Source: Bacteroidales bacterium
Lineage (GTDB): Bacteria; Bacteroidota; Bacteroidia; Bacteroidales; WCHB1-69
Reading direction: 5' to 3'
Assembly: GCA_017454945.1 (NCBI GenBank)
Contig: JAFTCA010000013.1
Location: 60,505 to 124,504, forward strand
Length of the DNA: 64,000 nucleotides
The notes below the pieces were generated by a model. That model was not told the origin of the DNA. It worked only from the letters and a program-made list of their open reading frames with translations, and did not search any database. Made by a program: the position numbers and the translations under genes. Shown here piece by piece: positions 53,005-63,056 of the stretch. Positions within the stretch are counted from its first letter, which is position 1. Every line of letters starts with the position of its first letter.

Positions 53005-53601
53005 ATGGTTGACAGAATTAAACAAATCATGGAATACAAGCAGCTGACGCCTGCTGTTTTCGCAGAACAATTGGAAATTAGCCGTTCTAACTTGACACAT
53101 TTGTTTAGTGGCCGCAATCAGCCCAGTCTGGCATTGGCTAAAAAGATATTGGAAACATATCCTGATATCAATACAGAATGGCTGATTATGGGAGTTGGAA
53201 AAATGGTAAATACGGATTTACAGCCAACCGACACTCCGTCTGTAAATGTTGAAACGCCCGTCACAACTGCAAATCCTGCCGAACTCGACCTCTTTTCTTC
53301 GCTCGAAGAAGTGCATGATACCCCCGCAACAAGTACTGAGCAACCGACTGAGGAGTCATCGACCATGACAGAAACTCCATTCTCTGAAGTGGTAACGGAG
53401 CCTGAGAGTGTCACTCCTGATGTAACCAATGTTTCTCCTGTCGAGTTTCCATCACGCAAGCGTACGACCTCAAAAAGAGCCAATAATTCGGATGGCGGCC
53501 AAGGTAAGTCGCAAATTTTCGATTCTCGTGGCGATAAAAAAGTGAGAAAAATCGTCTTTTTCTACGTAGATAAGACTTTCGAGGAATTTTACCCCGAATA
53601 A
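53005..53601 (+). CDS. XRE-type helix-turn-helix protein with long disordered Pro/Thr/Glu/Ser-rich tail
   Basis: HTH in LTPAVFAEQLEISRSNLTHLFSGRNQPSLALAKKIL, followed by low-complexity sequence. Confidence 0.7.
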   Translation: MVDRIKQIMEYKQLTPAVFAEQLEISRSNLTHLFSGRNQPSLALAKKILETYPDINTEWLIMGVGKMVNTDLQPTDTPSVNVETPVTTANPAELDLFSSLEEVHDTPATSTEQPTEESSTMTETPFSEVVTEPESVTPDVTNVSPVEFPSRKRTTSKRANNSDGGQGKSQIFDSRGDKKVRKIVFFYVDKTFEEFYPE

Positions 53602-53671
53602 TATTTTTGACAAATTTCCGTTATTTAGATAAATAGTTGCTTCTAAACGACAGATTTGAATTTTTTAGGTT

Positions 53672-53706
53672 AAAAAAGAGGGCGAAAGGATATTTCTTTC
53701 GCCCTC
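53672..53706 (-). terminator. Rho-independent terminator of purH
   Basis: GAGGGCGAAAG-7 nt-CTTTCGCCCTC stem with T6 on the minus strand. Confidence 0.7.
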
Positions 53707-53726
53707 GCTCTTATTGGTATTGGTCT

Positions 53727-55262
53727 TTAGTGTTTAAAATGTCTCACACCTGTGAATATCATCGAAATGCCATATTGGTTGCAAGCCTTGATGGAGTCTT
53801 CATCGCGGATGGAACCGCCAGGTTGGATGATGGCAGTGATGCCGTAATCTTTGGCCATGGTCACCACATCGTCAAAGGGGAAGAAGGCGTCGCTAGCAAG
53901 CACAAGTCCTTCTGTCAGACCATTTTGTCGCGCTTGTTCCATGGCAATGTGAGCTGAGCCCACACGGTTCATCTGTCCTGCGCCTACGCCTGCCGTTTGG
54001 TTGCCCTTGGCTAAAACGATGGCGTTCGACTTGACATGTTTGCACACCTTCATGGCAAACAGCAGATCCTTCATCTCTTCCTGCGTCGGCTGCTTTTCAG
54101 TGACCACTTCAATATGGTAATCCTTCTCGCCAGCTTTGTCCAATTCCTGAACCAATAGTCCGCCGTTGACACTCAGGCACATCGATTTGTCTTCGTGCTC
54201 TTTGTCTAAGTCGAAGGTCATCAGTCGGATGTTCTTCTTGGTTGATAGAATGTTGAATGCCTCTTCGGTAAATGATGGTGCCAGAATGATTTCCAGGAAT
54301 ACCGACTTCATCGCTTCGGCAGTTTGGGCGTCAATTTCACGGTTTGTGGCGACAATGCCGCCGAAAATGGATACTTTGTCGGCCTCGAAGGCTTTCTGCC
54401 ATGCCTCGTAAACATTTGAGCCGATACCGACACCACACGGGTTTTTGTGCTTAACAGCCACCACAACGGGCTCATCAAACTCTTTGACAATCTGCAAGGT
54501 GGCGTCTGCGTCCTGGATATTGTTGTACGACAATTCTTTGCCGTGCAGTTGTGTGGCCCAAGCCATCGAGTAACCCTGCTTCTGACCGGCGTAGAAAGTG
54601 GCTTTCTGGTGCGGATTCTCGCCGTAGCGCAACGATTGCTTCTTCTGGTAGGTCAAGGTGAGTGATTCGGGGTCTTCTTCGCCTGCGTGTTTTGTTAGGT
54701 AGGCAGCAATGGTGGCGTCGTAAGCGGCAGTGTGGCGGAACACTTTGGCTGCCAGTTTCGAACGGGTTTCCAAGGTGGTGTCACCATGTTCACGAATTTC
54801 AGCCAGCACAAGGTCGTAGTCGGCTGCATCGCAAACAACCGTCACGTAACGGTGGTTTTTGGCGGCGCTGCGCAGCATGCTGGGACCGCCAATGTCAATG
54901 TTTTCAATGGCTTCGGCAAACTCTACACCGGGCTTCTCAATGGTCTGTTTGAAAGGGTAGAGGTTAACCACCACCATGTCGATGTATTCAATGCCATTGG
55001 CTTTCATGTCAGCTTGATGCGATGCATTGTCGCGCACCGACAGCAGACCGCCGTGTACCTTGGGATGCAAGGTTTTCACACGACCGTCCATAATTTCAGG
55101 GAAGCCTGTTATTTCGCTGATACCCATTGTTTTCAATCCAGCGGTATCCAACGCTTTGCGCGTGCCTCCGGTGGAAATAATTTCATAACCGAGGTTGATC
55201 AGTTCCGTCACGAACGGTATCAATCCGGTCTTGTCGCTTACGCTAACCAGTGCTCTTTTCAT
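53727..55262 (-). CDS. purH: Bifunctional AICAR formyltransferase / IMP cyclohydrolase
   Basis: N-terminal MGS-like domain ([11 protein letters not shown]...), [10 protein letters not shown], and a C-terminal AICARFT domain ending FTGVRHFKH. Confidence 0.95.
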   Translation of the reverse strand: MKRALVSVSDKTGLIPFVTELINLGYEIISTGGTRKALDTAGLKTMGISEITGFPEIMDGRVKTLHPKVHGGLLSVRDNASHQADMKANGIEYIDMVVVNLYPFKQTIEKPGVEFAEAIENIDIGGPSMLRSAAKNHRYVTVVCDAADYDLVLAEIREHGDTTLETRSKLAAKVFRHTAAYDATIAAYLTKHAGEEDPESLTLTYQKKQSLRYGENPHQKATFYAGQKQGYSMAWATQLHGKELSYNNIQDADATLQIVKEFDEPVVVAVKHKNPCGVGIGSNVYEAWQKAFEADKVSIFGGIVATNREIDAQTAEAMKSVFLEIILAPSFTEEAFNILSTKKNIRLMTFDLDKEHEDKSMCLSVNGGLLVQELDKAGEKDYHIEVVTEKQPTQEEMKDLLFAMKVCKHVKSNAIVLAKGNQTAGVGAGQMNRVGSAHIAMEQARQNGLTEGLVLASDAFFPFDDVVTMAKDYGITAIIQPGGSIRDEDSIKACNQYGISMIFTGVRHFKH

Positions 55263-55307
55263 AATCTCTTTGTATCTAAAGAATTAATGTTTTTGTGAAC
55301 GAGGTCG

Positions 55308-55315
55308 CAAATATA
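55308..55315 (-). promoter_or_regulatory. Bacteroidota -7 promoter box (purH)
   Basis: TATATTTG on the minus strand, 46 nt upstream of the start at 55262. Confidence 0.45.
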
Positions 55316-55451
55316 CAAATATCTGCTTTTTTATGCAACCTTATGCTAACAAAATCTTTTGCGGCATTGTGGAAAAGAAGCCTTCTTTTTGTATCAAAAA
55401 ATCATTTAAATTTGCAACCCTTGATAGTATCAATATTTATATTGTAGAATA

Positions 55452-57467
55452 ATGGCCCGAAATGCTGACTTGTTGCATCGATTGTCGCGCAGTGTATGGC
55501 TGCTGCTGTTGACCGTTTGCTCGCTGTCGGCATGGGCACAGGCCGAAGATGAAGGCGAGCCCGCCAAGACTATCGACAGTGCGCAAGCCATCTCGCCCTA
55601 TTTCATGCCCGTATATTACGACTATCTGGAGCCTCATTTTTATCGCACATTGGAGCGCATTCCTGTCGACACTTCGGTTTGCAAGGTCCATCAGTACGAC
55701 CCGATTTGGCAAGACAGGAACATCTATCAAACCTTAGGTATTGGCGCTCAGGCGCATAAGGCTATGAATTTCGACTATGAGAAGCGCCCTGGGTTTGCGC
55801 TCATCACATTGCCTTATCCGTTATATCACAAGGAACAGTATGACTTGAAGTATTACGATGTCAAAACTTCATTCACACAACTGGCTTACGGCTACGGCAT
55901 CTCCTCCGAGAATGAATTCGATGCTACACACGCCCAGCATCGCGGTAATCTGAACATGGCGTTCAATATCCATGCATACGGCAATTCGGGCTATTTTCCG
56001 CATCAGAATGCCAATAACATGTCCGTTGATGCCTTGGTTCATTATGAAATACCTTCATCTATTTACGGTTTCCGCCTCAGCTATATTTTCAACCGCTTTA
56101 AGACGATGGAAAATGCAGGGCTGTTGAACATGGATGATTATATACAACAGGTAGCCAAGAATTTAATGGGTTATAATATGAAGTTATATTATGCCCAATC
56201 ATTAGTGAATACCCACGACGTGCTCTTCCAACACTATGTCAATATCAAAGATGCCAAAAAACGCTACTATGGAACCGTAACGCATTCTATTCAGTATAAG
56301 TATTTGAAAAGCAGTTATTTTGACACGAATCTCGATTCAACATACTATCGCTCTATATTCTACTTGTCACCCGACACAACCCGGGATACACTCTTATGTC
56401 ATCAAGTGATTAACACGGTCCAATGGTCCAATTTTTCGCCTTTTGATAAGGAAAACAATAAGAAGTATTTCTTCCATATTGCCGGCGGTTTCATGCACGA
56501 ATATGTGAAGAATTACATGGCCATCATGCCCGAAGAGGTAAGATTGGTGGTTGACAGTCTCGCTGCGATAGATATTTTCACACCGAATGATTCGGTTTAC
56601 AGCCGCCGTCGGCCGATATATACCCAGAACTCGCTGACGCCTTTTGCACGCACGCACATCCGCCTCTTCGGAATTATGGATATCCATGCGGGCATTTCCT
56701 ATACATTTATGGGATACAATAAAAACGACGCTATAGCCAATGCGTCCGTTTCGTGGGCTATCAACCGTGCCAAGCAGCATTTCCTGGCTTTCTCGGCTGA
56801 TTTCTATCGTGTGGCTCCCGATTTCATCTATTCCTATTACTCGGGCAATCACCACCGTTGGACTATCGATTGGAAAAAGCAGAATATCATGAAGTTGACA
56901 GCTTCGTGGCAACTCAAGCAGTATCGGGCTTCGGTGACCTATTTCATGCTGCACCATTTTGTGCAACTGGGACAGAATTACGAGCCCATCACGAACGAAA
57001 AGATTGCCAATGTGTTGCAGATTCATTTGAGTGCGCCTCTGCGCATCAAGGGTTTTGGAGCCGATGCCAATATCTATGTGCAATATTCTGACAACAAGAC
57101 ACTTCCGCTGCCCGTATTTGCTGGCAAAGCCTCCGCTTTCTACCTTTTCCGCTTGTTCCATCGTAAGATGCAACTGCAAATCGGGCTCGACTTGATGTAC
57201 AACACCGCATACTATGCCAACGCTTACTATCCGCTGTTGCACCAGTTCTATCACCAGAGCACTTGCCGTGTTGGCAACTTTGTCTATCTGAATGCCAATC
57301 TGAATATTAAAGTTCAAAGAGTAAGCATCTTCGCGCGCTTTGGCAATATCCTCTCCAGCATTAAAATTAAAAAGGTGTTCGCCTACAGCAACTACTTCAC
57401 AACACCTGATTACCCAATGCAGAACCTGAAAATCGCTATCGGTATTAACTGGCGCTTCTACGATTAG
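55452..57467 (+). CDS. Large outer-membrane beta-barrel (putative-porin family)
   Basis: Signal peptide ending AWAQA, Tyr/Asn-rich alternating strands, C-terminal IGINWRFYD. Confidence 0.55.
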   Translation: MARNADLLHRLSRSVWLLLLTVCSLSAWAQAEDEGEPAKTIDSAQAISPYFMPVYYDYLEPHFYRTLERIPVDTSVCKVHQYDPIWQDRNIYQTLGIGAQAHKAMNFDYEKRPGFALITLPYPLYHKEQYDLKYYDVKTSFTQLAYGYGISSENEFDATHAQHRGNLNMAFNIHAYGNSGYFPHQNANNMSVDALVHYEIPSSIYGFRLSYIFNRFKTMENAGLLNMDDYIQQVAKNLMGYNMKLYYAQSLVNTHDVLFQHYVNIKDAKKRYYGTVTHSIQYKYLKSSYFDTNLDSTYYRSIFYLSPDTTRDTLLCHQVINTVQWSNFSPFDKENNKKYFFHIAGGFMHEYVKNYMAIMPEEVRLVVDSLAAIDIFTPNDSVYSRRRPIYTQNSLTPFARTHIRLFGIMDIHAGISYTFMGYNKNDAIANASVSWAINRAKQHFLAFSADFYRVAPDFIYSYYSGNHHRWTIDWKKQNIMKLTASWQLKQYRASVTYFMLHHFVQLGQNYEPITNEKIANVLQIHLSAPLRIKGFGADANIYVQYSDNKTLPLPVFAGKASAFYLFRLFHRKMQLQIGLDLMYNTAYYANAYYPLLHQFYHQSTCRVGNFVYLNANLNIKVQRVSIFARFGNILSSIKIKKVFAYSNYFTTPDYPMQNLKIAIGINWRFYD

Positions 57468-57506
57468 TGAGCGGTGATGCATTAGCAATGCGGCCAATGA
57501 TAAAAC

Positions 57507-57546
57507 AAAAAGAACGGCAACTCGAATGAGTTGCCGCTCTTTTTTA
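57507..57546. terminator. Bidirectional terminator between convergent OMP genes
   Basis: CGGCAACTC-gaat-GAGTTGCCG stem flanked by A- and T-runs. Confidence 0.7.
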
Positions 57547-57569
57547 TGTCAGTGTCTGTCAGATGTCGT

Positions 57570-58544
57570 CTAGAAACTGTAGCCGATACCTAAACCTAAC
57601 ACTTCTTTGAACTGTACACGGGCGCATTCGGTATAGCCGTGCTTGCTCACCTTGCCAGGAATCATCACTTCGTCGTAGTATCTCAATGCCGTGGTCAATG
57701 ATACATTCAGCACTTTGAGGAATTGGTAGGAAATCATGAAATCCCAGTCTACATTGAAGTTGCCAAACTTTTTGGTATAAGGAGTGAACAAGGTGATTGC
57801 CGAGAAGATCTTCAGGTTTTTGATCTTATCGTAGGTAACGGCAGCCTTGAAGGTAAGACCTACTTCCATCTTGAAGGTTTTGTTCGTATCAACACCATAT
57901 TTTTCTCTTAAAGGCTTGTAAGTGGCAGTTGTCAGACGGCCGGCCAGAGGAGAGAGGTAAACCGAGAAGATGTCATTGGGCTTCCAGTCGATACCGACAG
58001 AGAGGTCGGTGTAGGAGGGGTTCAAGCATCTTGAACTGAGAATACGATCGTTGTGCGGATCTGCTTTGACGGGTTCATAATCATAATCGTACATATATTG
58101 CGTACGGAAGCTTCCCAGTATTGCCAAGAACCATGTTTTGTGGAATTCCCAGCCGAATTTGGTGTAGAAATTAAACTTATCGGAAGCTTTTCTCCAAGGA
58201 TATCTGTTGAAATCAGAGGAGAACATGGCGCCCAACTCAGTGTCCAAGTTTGAATCCCAAGCAATGTTGCCTTTTTTGTAATTGAGGAACAGGTTGGCAA
58301 AGATGATGCCTGTCAGGTTGGAATTACCACCCGCAGCCCAGTTAACCAACTGTGTTTGAGTCATGTTTGCACCAACAATACCCGAGAATTTCCAATTCAA
58401 CGAGTCGGGAACCTCTTTGGTTTTCACCTCCACACTTGACGCGGCTTTGGCTGCAGCCGAGGCCTGTTCAATAGTGGGCTCTTGTGCGTTAACTGCGCAC
58501 ACTGACATCAAAAAGATGCCTGCAACTAATAAAAATCTTTTCAT
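57570..58544 (-). CDS. DUF3078-like outer-membrane beta-barrel protein
   Basis: Signal peptide, WKFSGIVGANMTQTQLVNWAAGGNSNL signature, C-terminal GIGYSF. Confidence 0.6.
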   Translation of the reverse strand: MKRFLLVAGIFLMSVCAVNAQEPTIEQASAAAKAASSVEVKTKEVPDSLNWKFSGIVGANMTQTQLVNWAAGGNSNLTGIIFANLFLNYKKGNIAWDSNLDTELGAMFSSDFNRYPWRKASDKFNFYTKFGWEFHKTWFLAILGSFRTQYMYDYDYEPVKADPHNDRILSSRCLNPSYTDLSVGIDWKPNDIFSVYLSPLAGRLTTATYKPLREKYGVDTNKTFKMEVGLTFKAAVTYDKIKNLKIFSAITLFTPYTKKFGNFNVDWDFMISYQFLKVLNVSLTTALRYYDEVMIPGKVSKHGYTECARVQFKEVLGLGIGYSF

Positions 58545-58586
58545 AAGCTTAGCGTTTTAGGTTAATTATTGTGTTTATTTGTTGAA

Positions 58587-58710
58587 TCGTTTAAATGTTG
58601 AAGTGAGAAGTGAGTGGTGAGTAGTGAATTGAGTTAAGAAACTAAGGAGTTAAGAGTTATAGAGTTGTTGAAATGGGTCCTTTTAATTGTAAATTATTAA
58701 TTGTCAATTA
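58587..58710. repeat. Composite word array homologous to 35631-35750, followed by AATTGTA-type words
   Basis: Shares TCGTTTAA(A/T)TGTTGAAGTG, AGAAGTGAG, GTTAAGAA, AACTAAG(G/A)AGTTAAG and GTTGTTGA in the same order. Confidence 0.85.
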
Positions 58711-59886
58711 TCTATTTAGCTTATTGTACGTTCTCCACCACCTGTCAGGAATTTTGTCTGTGCAGGCGGTCTCGTAATCTTTACGAGAGCAGGGGAGAAG
58801 ATATTGTTGTTCAGTGTCTTTCTTCAGGTTAATAACGGGCACTACCATCCACCAACGTTCTGTTTTTTTGCTACGGTAGAATACCAATTCGCTCGTGGCC
58901 TCGCTGACCGACACACTGTATTTGAAGTAATTATCTTTCTGTTTGAAGTTAAGGTCGTCTTGGCGATGGCTGTATCCCTCAACAAAGTACCACAAGATAT
59001 GGCTTATCAACTGAGAGGTTTGGTTGTTGTAATCCATCGTAGGGTCGTACTCGTAAATGCCGAAGGAGGAGAGCTTGTCATTCAAGCCGGCATAACTCGA
59101 CACCTGACAGATTTCCTCGCCGTAAAAACCGTTGGATGAGGCGTTTGGGTTGCCTGGCGCATCCACACGACGAACGGCGGAGATATCCAACGCCAGCAGA
59201 TCGGCATTGCGCACAATCGGCTCTACATCTTCCATATCCTTGCGCAGCATGCCCACACGGTAAGTCTCGAAATAGAGTTGCTGCATTAAATCGATATCTT
59301 CAGGACTGTTAAGATAAGTCTGATAACCCACATTAGCAAAATTGAGCAAGCAGTTGGGCTGCTGCATGATAATCTTGTTCAGATAGCCGTCCGAAGTGAT
59401 GGTATTCTCGTCGTCGCCCAGGTCAAAGCGCGAATCCACAACCACCATATTGACAATTTTGTTCAGTTTGGCGTAGGCCAAATAATTGGCGTAAGCCAAA
59501 TCGTTGGTGCCACCCAGAATAATTGGAATAACCTTATTTTCAATTAAATGGGCGATAATACTTGCCACAACCTCGTAGGTATCCTCAATTTCCTTGCCAG
59601 GAATCAGATTGCCCAAATCAAGAATTCTGACGGGCTTTTTCCAACTGAAAAGACGGTAAAATTGCCGGCGAATCTCATCGGGAGCCAGCGCTGCAGATGG
59701 GTTGTTGCGACTGTTTCGCGACTCGGGAACACCCATAATGGCCATGTCGAACCCCGACAATGAAGGCTCTTCATCCTCCGCTGTCTGGAATAAAACAGTG
59801 TTGATCAGGTAAGCCGGATTCTGATAGTTGTCGTTAAAACCTAACGAATCAAAATCAACAGGAGTGAAGTAGGGCTTTAGTTCCAT
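58708..59886 (-). CDS. Arginase/formimidoylglutamase-fold protein with divergent metal-ligand motifs and an extra C-terminal domain
   Basis: Ureohydrolase-fold motif order is conserved (ILGGTNDLAYA; VVVDSRFDLG; LLALDISAVRRVDAPG) but canonical GGDHS / DAHxD / DxDxxDP ligands are substituted. Confidence 0.65.
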   Translation of the reverse strand: MELKPYFTPVDFDSLGFNDNYQNPAYLINTVLFQTAEDEEPSLSGFDMAIMGVPESRNSRNNPSAALAPDEIRRQFYRLFSWKKPVRILDLGNLIPGKEIEDTYEVVASIIAHLIENKVIPIILGGTNDLAYANYLAYAKLNKIVNMVVVDSRFDLGDDENTITSDGYLNKIIMQQPNCLLNFANVGYQTYLNSPEDIDLMQQLYFETYRVGMLRKDMEDVEPIVRNADLLALDISAVRRVDAPGNPNASSNGFYGEEICQVSSYAGLNDKLSSFGIYEYDPTMDYNNQTSQLISHILWYFVEGYSHRQDDLNFKQKDNYFKYSVSVSEATSELVFYRSKKTERWWMVVPVINLKKDTEQQYLLPCSRKDYETACTDKIPDRWWRTYNKLNR

Positions 59887-59933
59887 CGCAAGGTGCTTTG
59901 TCTGTGTATGATGAGTCGGATTACAATTTTATG

Positions 59934-59941
59934 CAAAGGTA
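59934..59941 (-). promoter_or_regulatory. Bacteroidota -7 promoter box
   Basis: TACCTTTG on the minus strand, 48 nt upstream of the start at 59886. Confidence 0.45.
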
Positions 59942-59984
59942 ACACTTTTATCATTATAAATATTTATGCTAAACAAAAAATAAT

Positions 59985-59992
59985 TATTTTTG
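59985..59992 (+). promoter_or_regulatory. Bacteroidota -7 promoter box
   Basis: TATTTTTG, 22 nt upstream of the ATG at 60014. Confidence 0.5.
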
Positions 59993-60013
59993 CTTTTTAA
60001 AATCCAACATTAC

Positions 60014-61042
60014 ATGAAATTCATCTACCGACTATTAGTAATCGCACTGTTAGTGGCTCCCGCATTTCGCGCTGCAGCACAATCGAGTCCCAAAGTGGCC
60101 GTTATTGCTTTCTACAATGTGGAAAACCTTTTTGACACCGAAAATGACCCTCTGACCAACGACGAGGATTTCTTGCCAGAAGGTTCATATAAGTGGACTC
60201 CAGAACGTTATGCCGAGAAATTGAGCAATCTGTCGGATGTTATCAGTCTGATTGGTAAAGATCAAGGTGGTGCCGTATTGCTTGGCGTTTCAGAAATCGA
60301 AAACCGTAAGGTGCTCGAAGATTTGGCCGCCACACCCAAACTGAAACATCTTAACTATGGCGTGGCTCATTATGATTCGCCCGACCGCCGTGGTGTTGAT
60401 GTTGGTTTGTTCTACAACAAAGATCGTTTCCGCGTGTTGCAAGTCATTCCTCATCATCTGATTACTCCCGATGATACCGCCTTCAAAACGCGTGACCAAT
60501 TGCTAGTGGTTGGAATCCTGGATAAAACTGATACTCTGCACGTTCTGGTAAACCACTGGCCGTCGAAACGGGGAGGGGAGAAGCGTAGTATGCCGAAGCG
60601 CGCCGCCGCTGCCCAGTTGTCTCGCCACATCGCCGACTCGATTATGAGTGTAAATAAGAACGCTAAGATTATCATTATGGGCGACTTGAACGACAATCCC
60701 GACTCGAAGAGCATCATGAATGTGCTTGGCACCAAAGTGAAACCCAAAGATGTTGTCGCCGGCGATTTGTTCAATCCCATGTGGCAATTGTATCGTGATG
60801 GCATCTGGTCGTACCTTTATCAGGATGCGCCCAACGTTATTGACAATATTATTGTTTCGGCAAGTTTGCTTAATCCGCGAGCCAATACATATAAGTTCAT
60901 TTCTGCACACATTTTCCGCGCCAAATTCATGTTCGCCAACTCGGGTTCATTTGCCGGATATCCTTTGAGATCGTATGCAGCAGGCTCTTATCAAGGCGGC
61001 TATAGCGACCATTTACCTGTATATATCATTCTACAAAAATAA
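60014..61042 (+). CDS. Secreted endonuclease/exonuclease/phosphatase (EEP) family protein
   Basis: Signal peptide; FYNVENLFD, VSEIEN, MGDLND and C-terminal SDHLPV motifs. Confidence 0.75.
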   Translation: MKFIYRLLVIALLVAPAFRAAAQSSPKVAVIAFYNVENLFDTENDPLTNDEDFLPEGSYKWTPERYAEKLSNLSDVISLIGKDQGGAVLLGVSEIENRKVLEDLAATPKLKHLNYGVAHYDSPDRRGVDVGLFYNKDRFRVLQVIPHHLITPDDTAFKTRDQLLVVGILDKTDTLHVLVNHWPSKRGGEKRSMPKRAAAAQLSRHIADSIMSVNKNAKIIIMGDLNDNPDSKSIMNVLGTKVKPKDVVAGDLFNPMWQLYRDGIWSYLYQDAPNVIDNIIVSASLLNPRANTYKFISAHIFRAKFMFANSGSFAGYPLRSYAAGSYQGGYSDHLPVYIILQK

Positions 61043-61050
61043 CTCATACA

Positions 61051-61788
61051 ATGGATAGAAAATTAGTCATTATTCCAACCTACAACGAAAAGGAAAACAT
61101 TGAGAAGATTATCCGTACAGTCTTCAATATCAACGATTACCATATTCTGGTAGTGGAAGATAATTCGCCTGATGGCACCGCTGATATTGTGAAGCGACTG
61201 ATGACAGAATTCCCTGAAAGACTGTTTATTATGGAGCGTACAGGCAAACTTGGACTCGGAACTGCCTATATATCAGGATTCAAGTGGGCTTTAGAGCATA
61301 ATTATGACTATATTTTCGAGATGGATGCCGATTTCTCGCATAATCCCAATGATTTGGACCGTCTGTACGACGCGTGCAAAAACGGCGGAGCCGACCTGGC
61401 CATCGGATCACGCTATTGCAAAGGCGTTAATGTGCTGAATTGGCCTATGTCGCGACTGCTCATGTCGTACTATGGTTCTGCGTATGTGCGCATTATGTTA
61501 GGCATTCCTGTGCGCGATACGACCGCAGGATTTAAATGCTACAAAGCTGAAGTGCTACGCGCTATAGATTTCTCAAAAATCCATCATATTGGTTATGGAT
61601 TCCAAATCGAGATGAAATATACTGTTTGGAAGCTCAAATTCAAAATACAGGAAGTTTCCATCATCTTTAAGGATCGTACGGAAGGAACATCCAAAATGAG
61701 CTCCGGAATTTTCAAAGAAGCAATTTTCGGCGTTATCGGTCTGCGTTTCAGAAGTATGTTCCGAAAATGGGAACGGGTGAATAACTGA
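61051..61788 (+). CDS. GT2 polyprenol-phosphate mannosyltransferase (Dpm1/Ppm1-like)
   Basis: VIIPTYNEKENI, VEDNSPDGT, FEMDADFSHNP. Confidence 0.85.
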   Translation: MDRKLVIIPTYNEKENIEKIIRTVFNINDYHILVVEDNSPDGTADIVKRLMTEFPERLFIMERTGKLGLGTAYISGFKWALEHNYDYIFEMDADFSHNPNDLDRLYDACKNGGADLAIGSRYCKGVNVLNWPMSRLLMSYYGSAYVRIMLGIPVRDTTAGFKCYKAEVLRAIDFSKIHHIGYGFQIEMKYTVWKLKFKIQEVSIIFKDRTEGTSKMSSGIFKEAIFGVIGLRFRSMFRKWERVNN

Positions 61789-61824
61789 TAATTCACAATT
61801 CACAATTCATAATGCACAATTAAG
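61789..61824. repeat. AATTCACA-word array
   Basis: Starts 1 nt after the GT2 stop. Reverse complement of the TGTGAATT words at about 35870. Confidence 0.85.
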
Positions 61825-61998
61825 TATAGAGGCGGAAGGCTGATATTCAAATTGTTATATGTTGTTTAATATAATTCTATTTGACATAATATAAATTATA
61901 GGAAAAATATAGCAGGTTTATTTTCATTGCGAAAGTCTTCAATAAATGCTTTTTTTCGGCCTATTACCAACAATGATCTGTGCGTGCTTTTTTTATTG

Positions 61999-62205
61999 TT
62001 AGTTTAGATGTGCCAGAAATAATTTTTTCCAGCTCGGTTCAGGAAGCTTTCTTTTTCTTCCTCCGCCCACAAAGTAAACAAGATTGCCCATAGCTGAAAG
62101 TATTCTAATCCCATTTCCCTTTGCTAATGCCAGTGCAAATAAAAACATAAATAAATCGCCTGTTAAATAGCCGTCTAAATGTCCGCGTTTGATTTTATTT
62201 GACAT
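61999..62205 (-). CDS. Possible small membrane protein (68 aa)
   Basis: Isolated ORF in an AT-rich spacer with one hydrophobic segment. No clear promoter box or homology recognised. Confidence 0.2.
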   Translation of the reverse strand: MSNKIKRGHLDGYLTGDLFMFLFALALAKGNGIRILSAMGNLVYFVGGGRKRKLPEPSWKKLFLAHLN

Positions 62206-62297
62206 AATAATTTGATTTTACAGATGATTAAATCCTTTTTGATGCAAATTTTGTATATTTTTGTATGATGATAAACGATATAATCTTTTCTATTAGT

Positions 62298-62948
62298 ATG
62301 CGGCACAAAAAGCGTCTTTTTTTAATCACAACTTACTCGTTATTAACGTTTTTTTTCTGTAACACCACTACCCTTTCTGCGCAGAATTTTTATGATAAAT
62401 ATAATGTAAGCTGGTGGCAATGGGGCTTCAAAATCGGTGCCAATTTCACAGGCAAGCATGTCATTGCACAGGAAGACTTGTCTGCCGGACTATATGAATA
62501 TAAGCTAAACGGCCTGTTTTGCGGCGAATTTAGCGCCTATTTCCGTGCTGGCAAATATGTGTTCGGTGAAATCGGGTTTGGCTACCAGTTCCAGAAAACA
62601 CGCTTCAAAACGACCATGCCGGTTTCTGAAGAAACGATGCCCGTGGAATTGCGATATCTGCAAATTCCTATCAGAGCGGTAGCTTATCTGCCCGTAAGTG
62701 AGCTGGTTACACTAATGCCCAGCGTTGGCATTATCTACCAACCGCTTATTCAAGTGACTGAAAATCAGATTGCTCTTTCCAAAGATAATATCCGCCGCCA
62801 CGCATGCTATTGGTCGGCCGGTGCTGGCATCAAAATCCACTTTATCACCATCGATTTGGCCTATCGCAAGTCGTTTTTGTCCTATTTTAGCGACCGTAAA
62901 TCCACCAAAGAAGGCTATTTCAATGTGCAGATTGGTGTTCAAATGTAA
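62298..62948 (+). CDS. Small outer-membrane beta-barrel (OMP_b-brl_2 / PorT-like size class)
   Basis: Signal peptide MRHKKRLFLITTYSLLTFFFCNTTTLSAQ, about 8 amphipathic strands. Start at 62298 is 40 nt after the promoter-like box. Confidence 0.5.
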   Translation: MRHKKRLFLITTYSLLTFFFCNTTTLSAQNFYDKYNVSWWQWGFKIGANFTGKHVIAQEDLSAGLYEYKLNGLFCGEFSAYFRAGKYVFGEIGFGYQFQKTRFKTTMPVSEETMPVELRYLQIPIRAVAYLPVSELVTLMPSVGIIYQPLIQVTENQIALSKDNIRRHACYWSAGAGIKIHFITIDLAYRKSFLSYFSDRKSTKEGYFNVQIGVQM

Positions 62949-63030
62949 TTTTTTAATATTGATATTCAGATATTTGCATAAAAAATCTGAAAAATTGGCG
63001 CCGTGCTGTTGAAAGAAACGAAAAAAGATG

Positions 63031-63038
63031 TATTTTTG
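63031..63038 (+). promoter_or_regulatory. Bacteroidota -7 promoter box for tRNA-Val
   Basis: TATTTTTG, 19 nt upstream of tRNA position 1. Confidence 0.5.
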
Positions 63039-63056
63039 CCGCGTCTAAACGACAAA

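Noticed and set aside
56394-57497. A 367-aa ORF antisense to the large OMP gene. Similar long antisense or alternate-frame ORFs lie at 17367-18062, 28517-29230, 49173-49952, 54732-55298, 37074-37685, 36295-36771, 32676-33125 and 24744-25241.
   Set aside because: Each lies wholly within a gene with clear family motifs on the other strand or frame. Their products are Arg/His/Gln-rich low-complexity sequences with no motifs, promoter boxes or sensible starts, which is typical of shadow ORFs.
62298-62948. Considered calling the small beta-barrel PorT/SprT.
   Set aside because: Size and barrel character fit, but I recognise no PorT-specific motif. Many unrelated OMP_b-brl_2 proteins look the same by eye.
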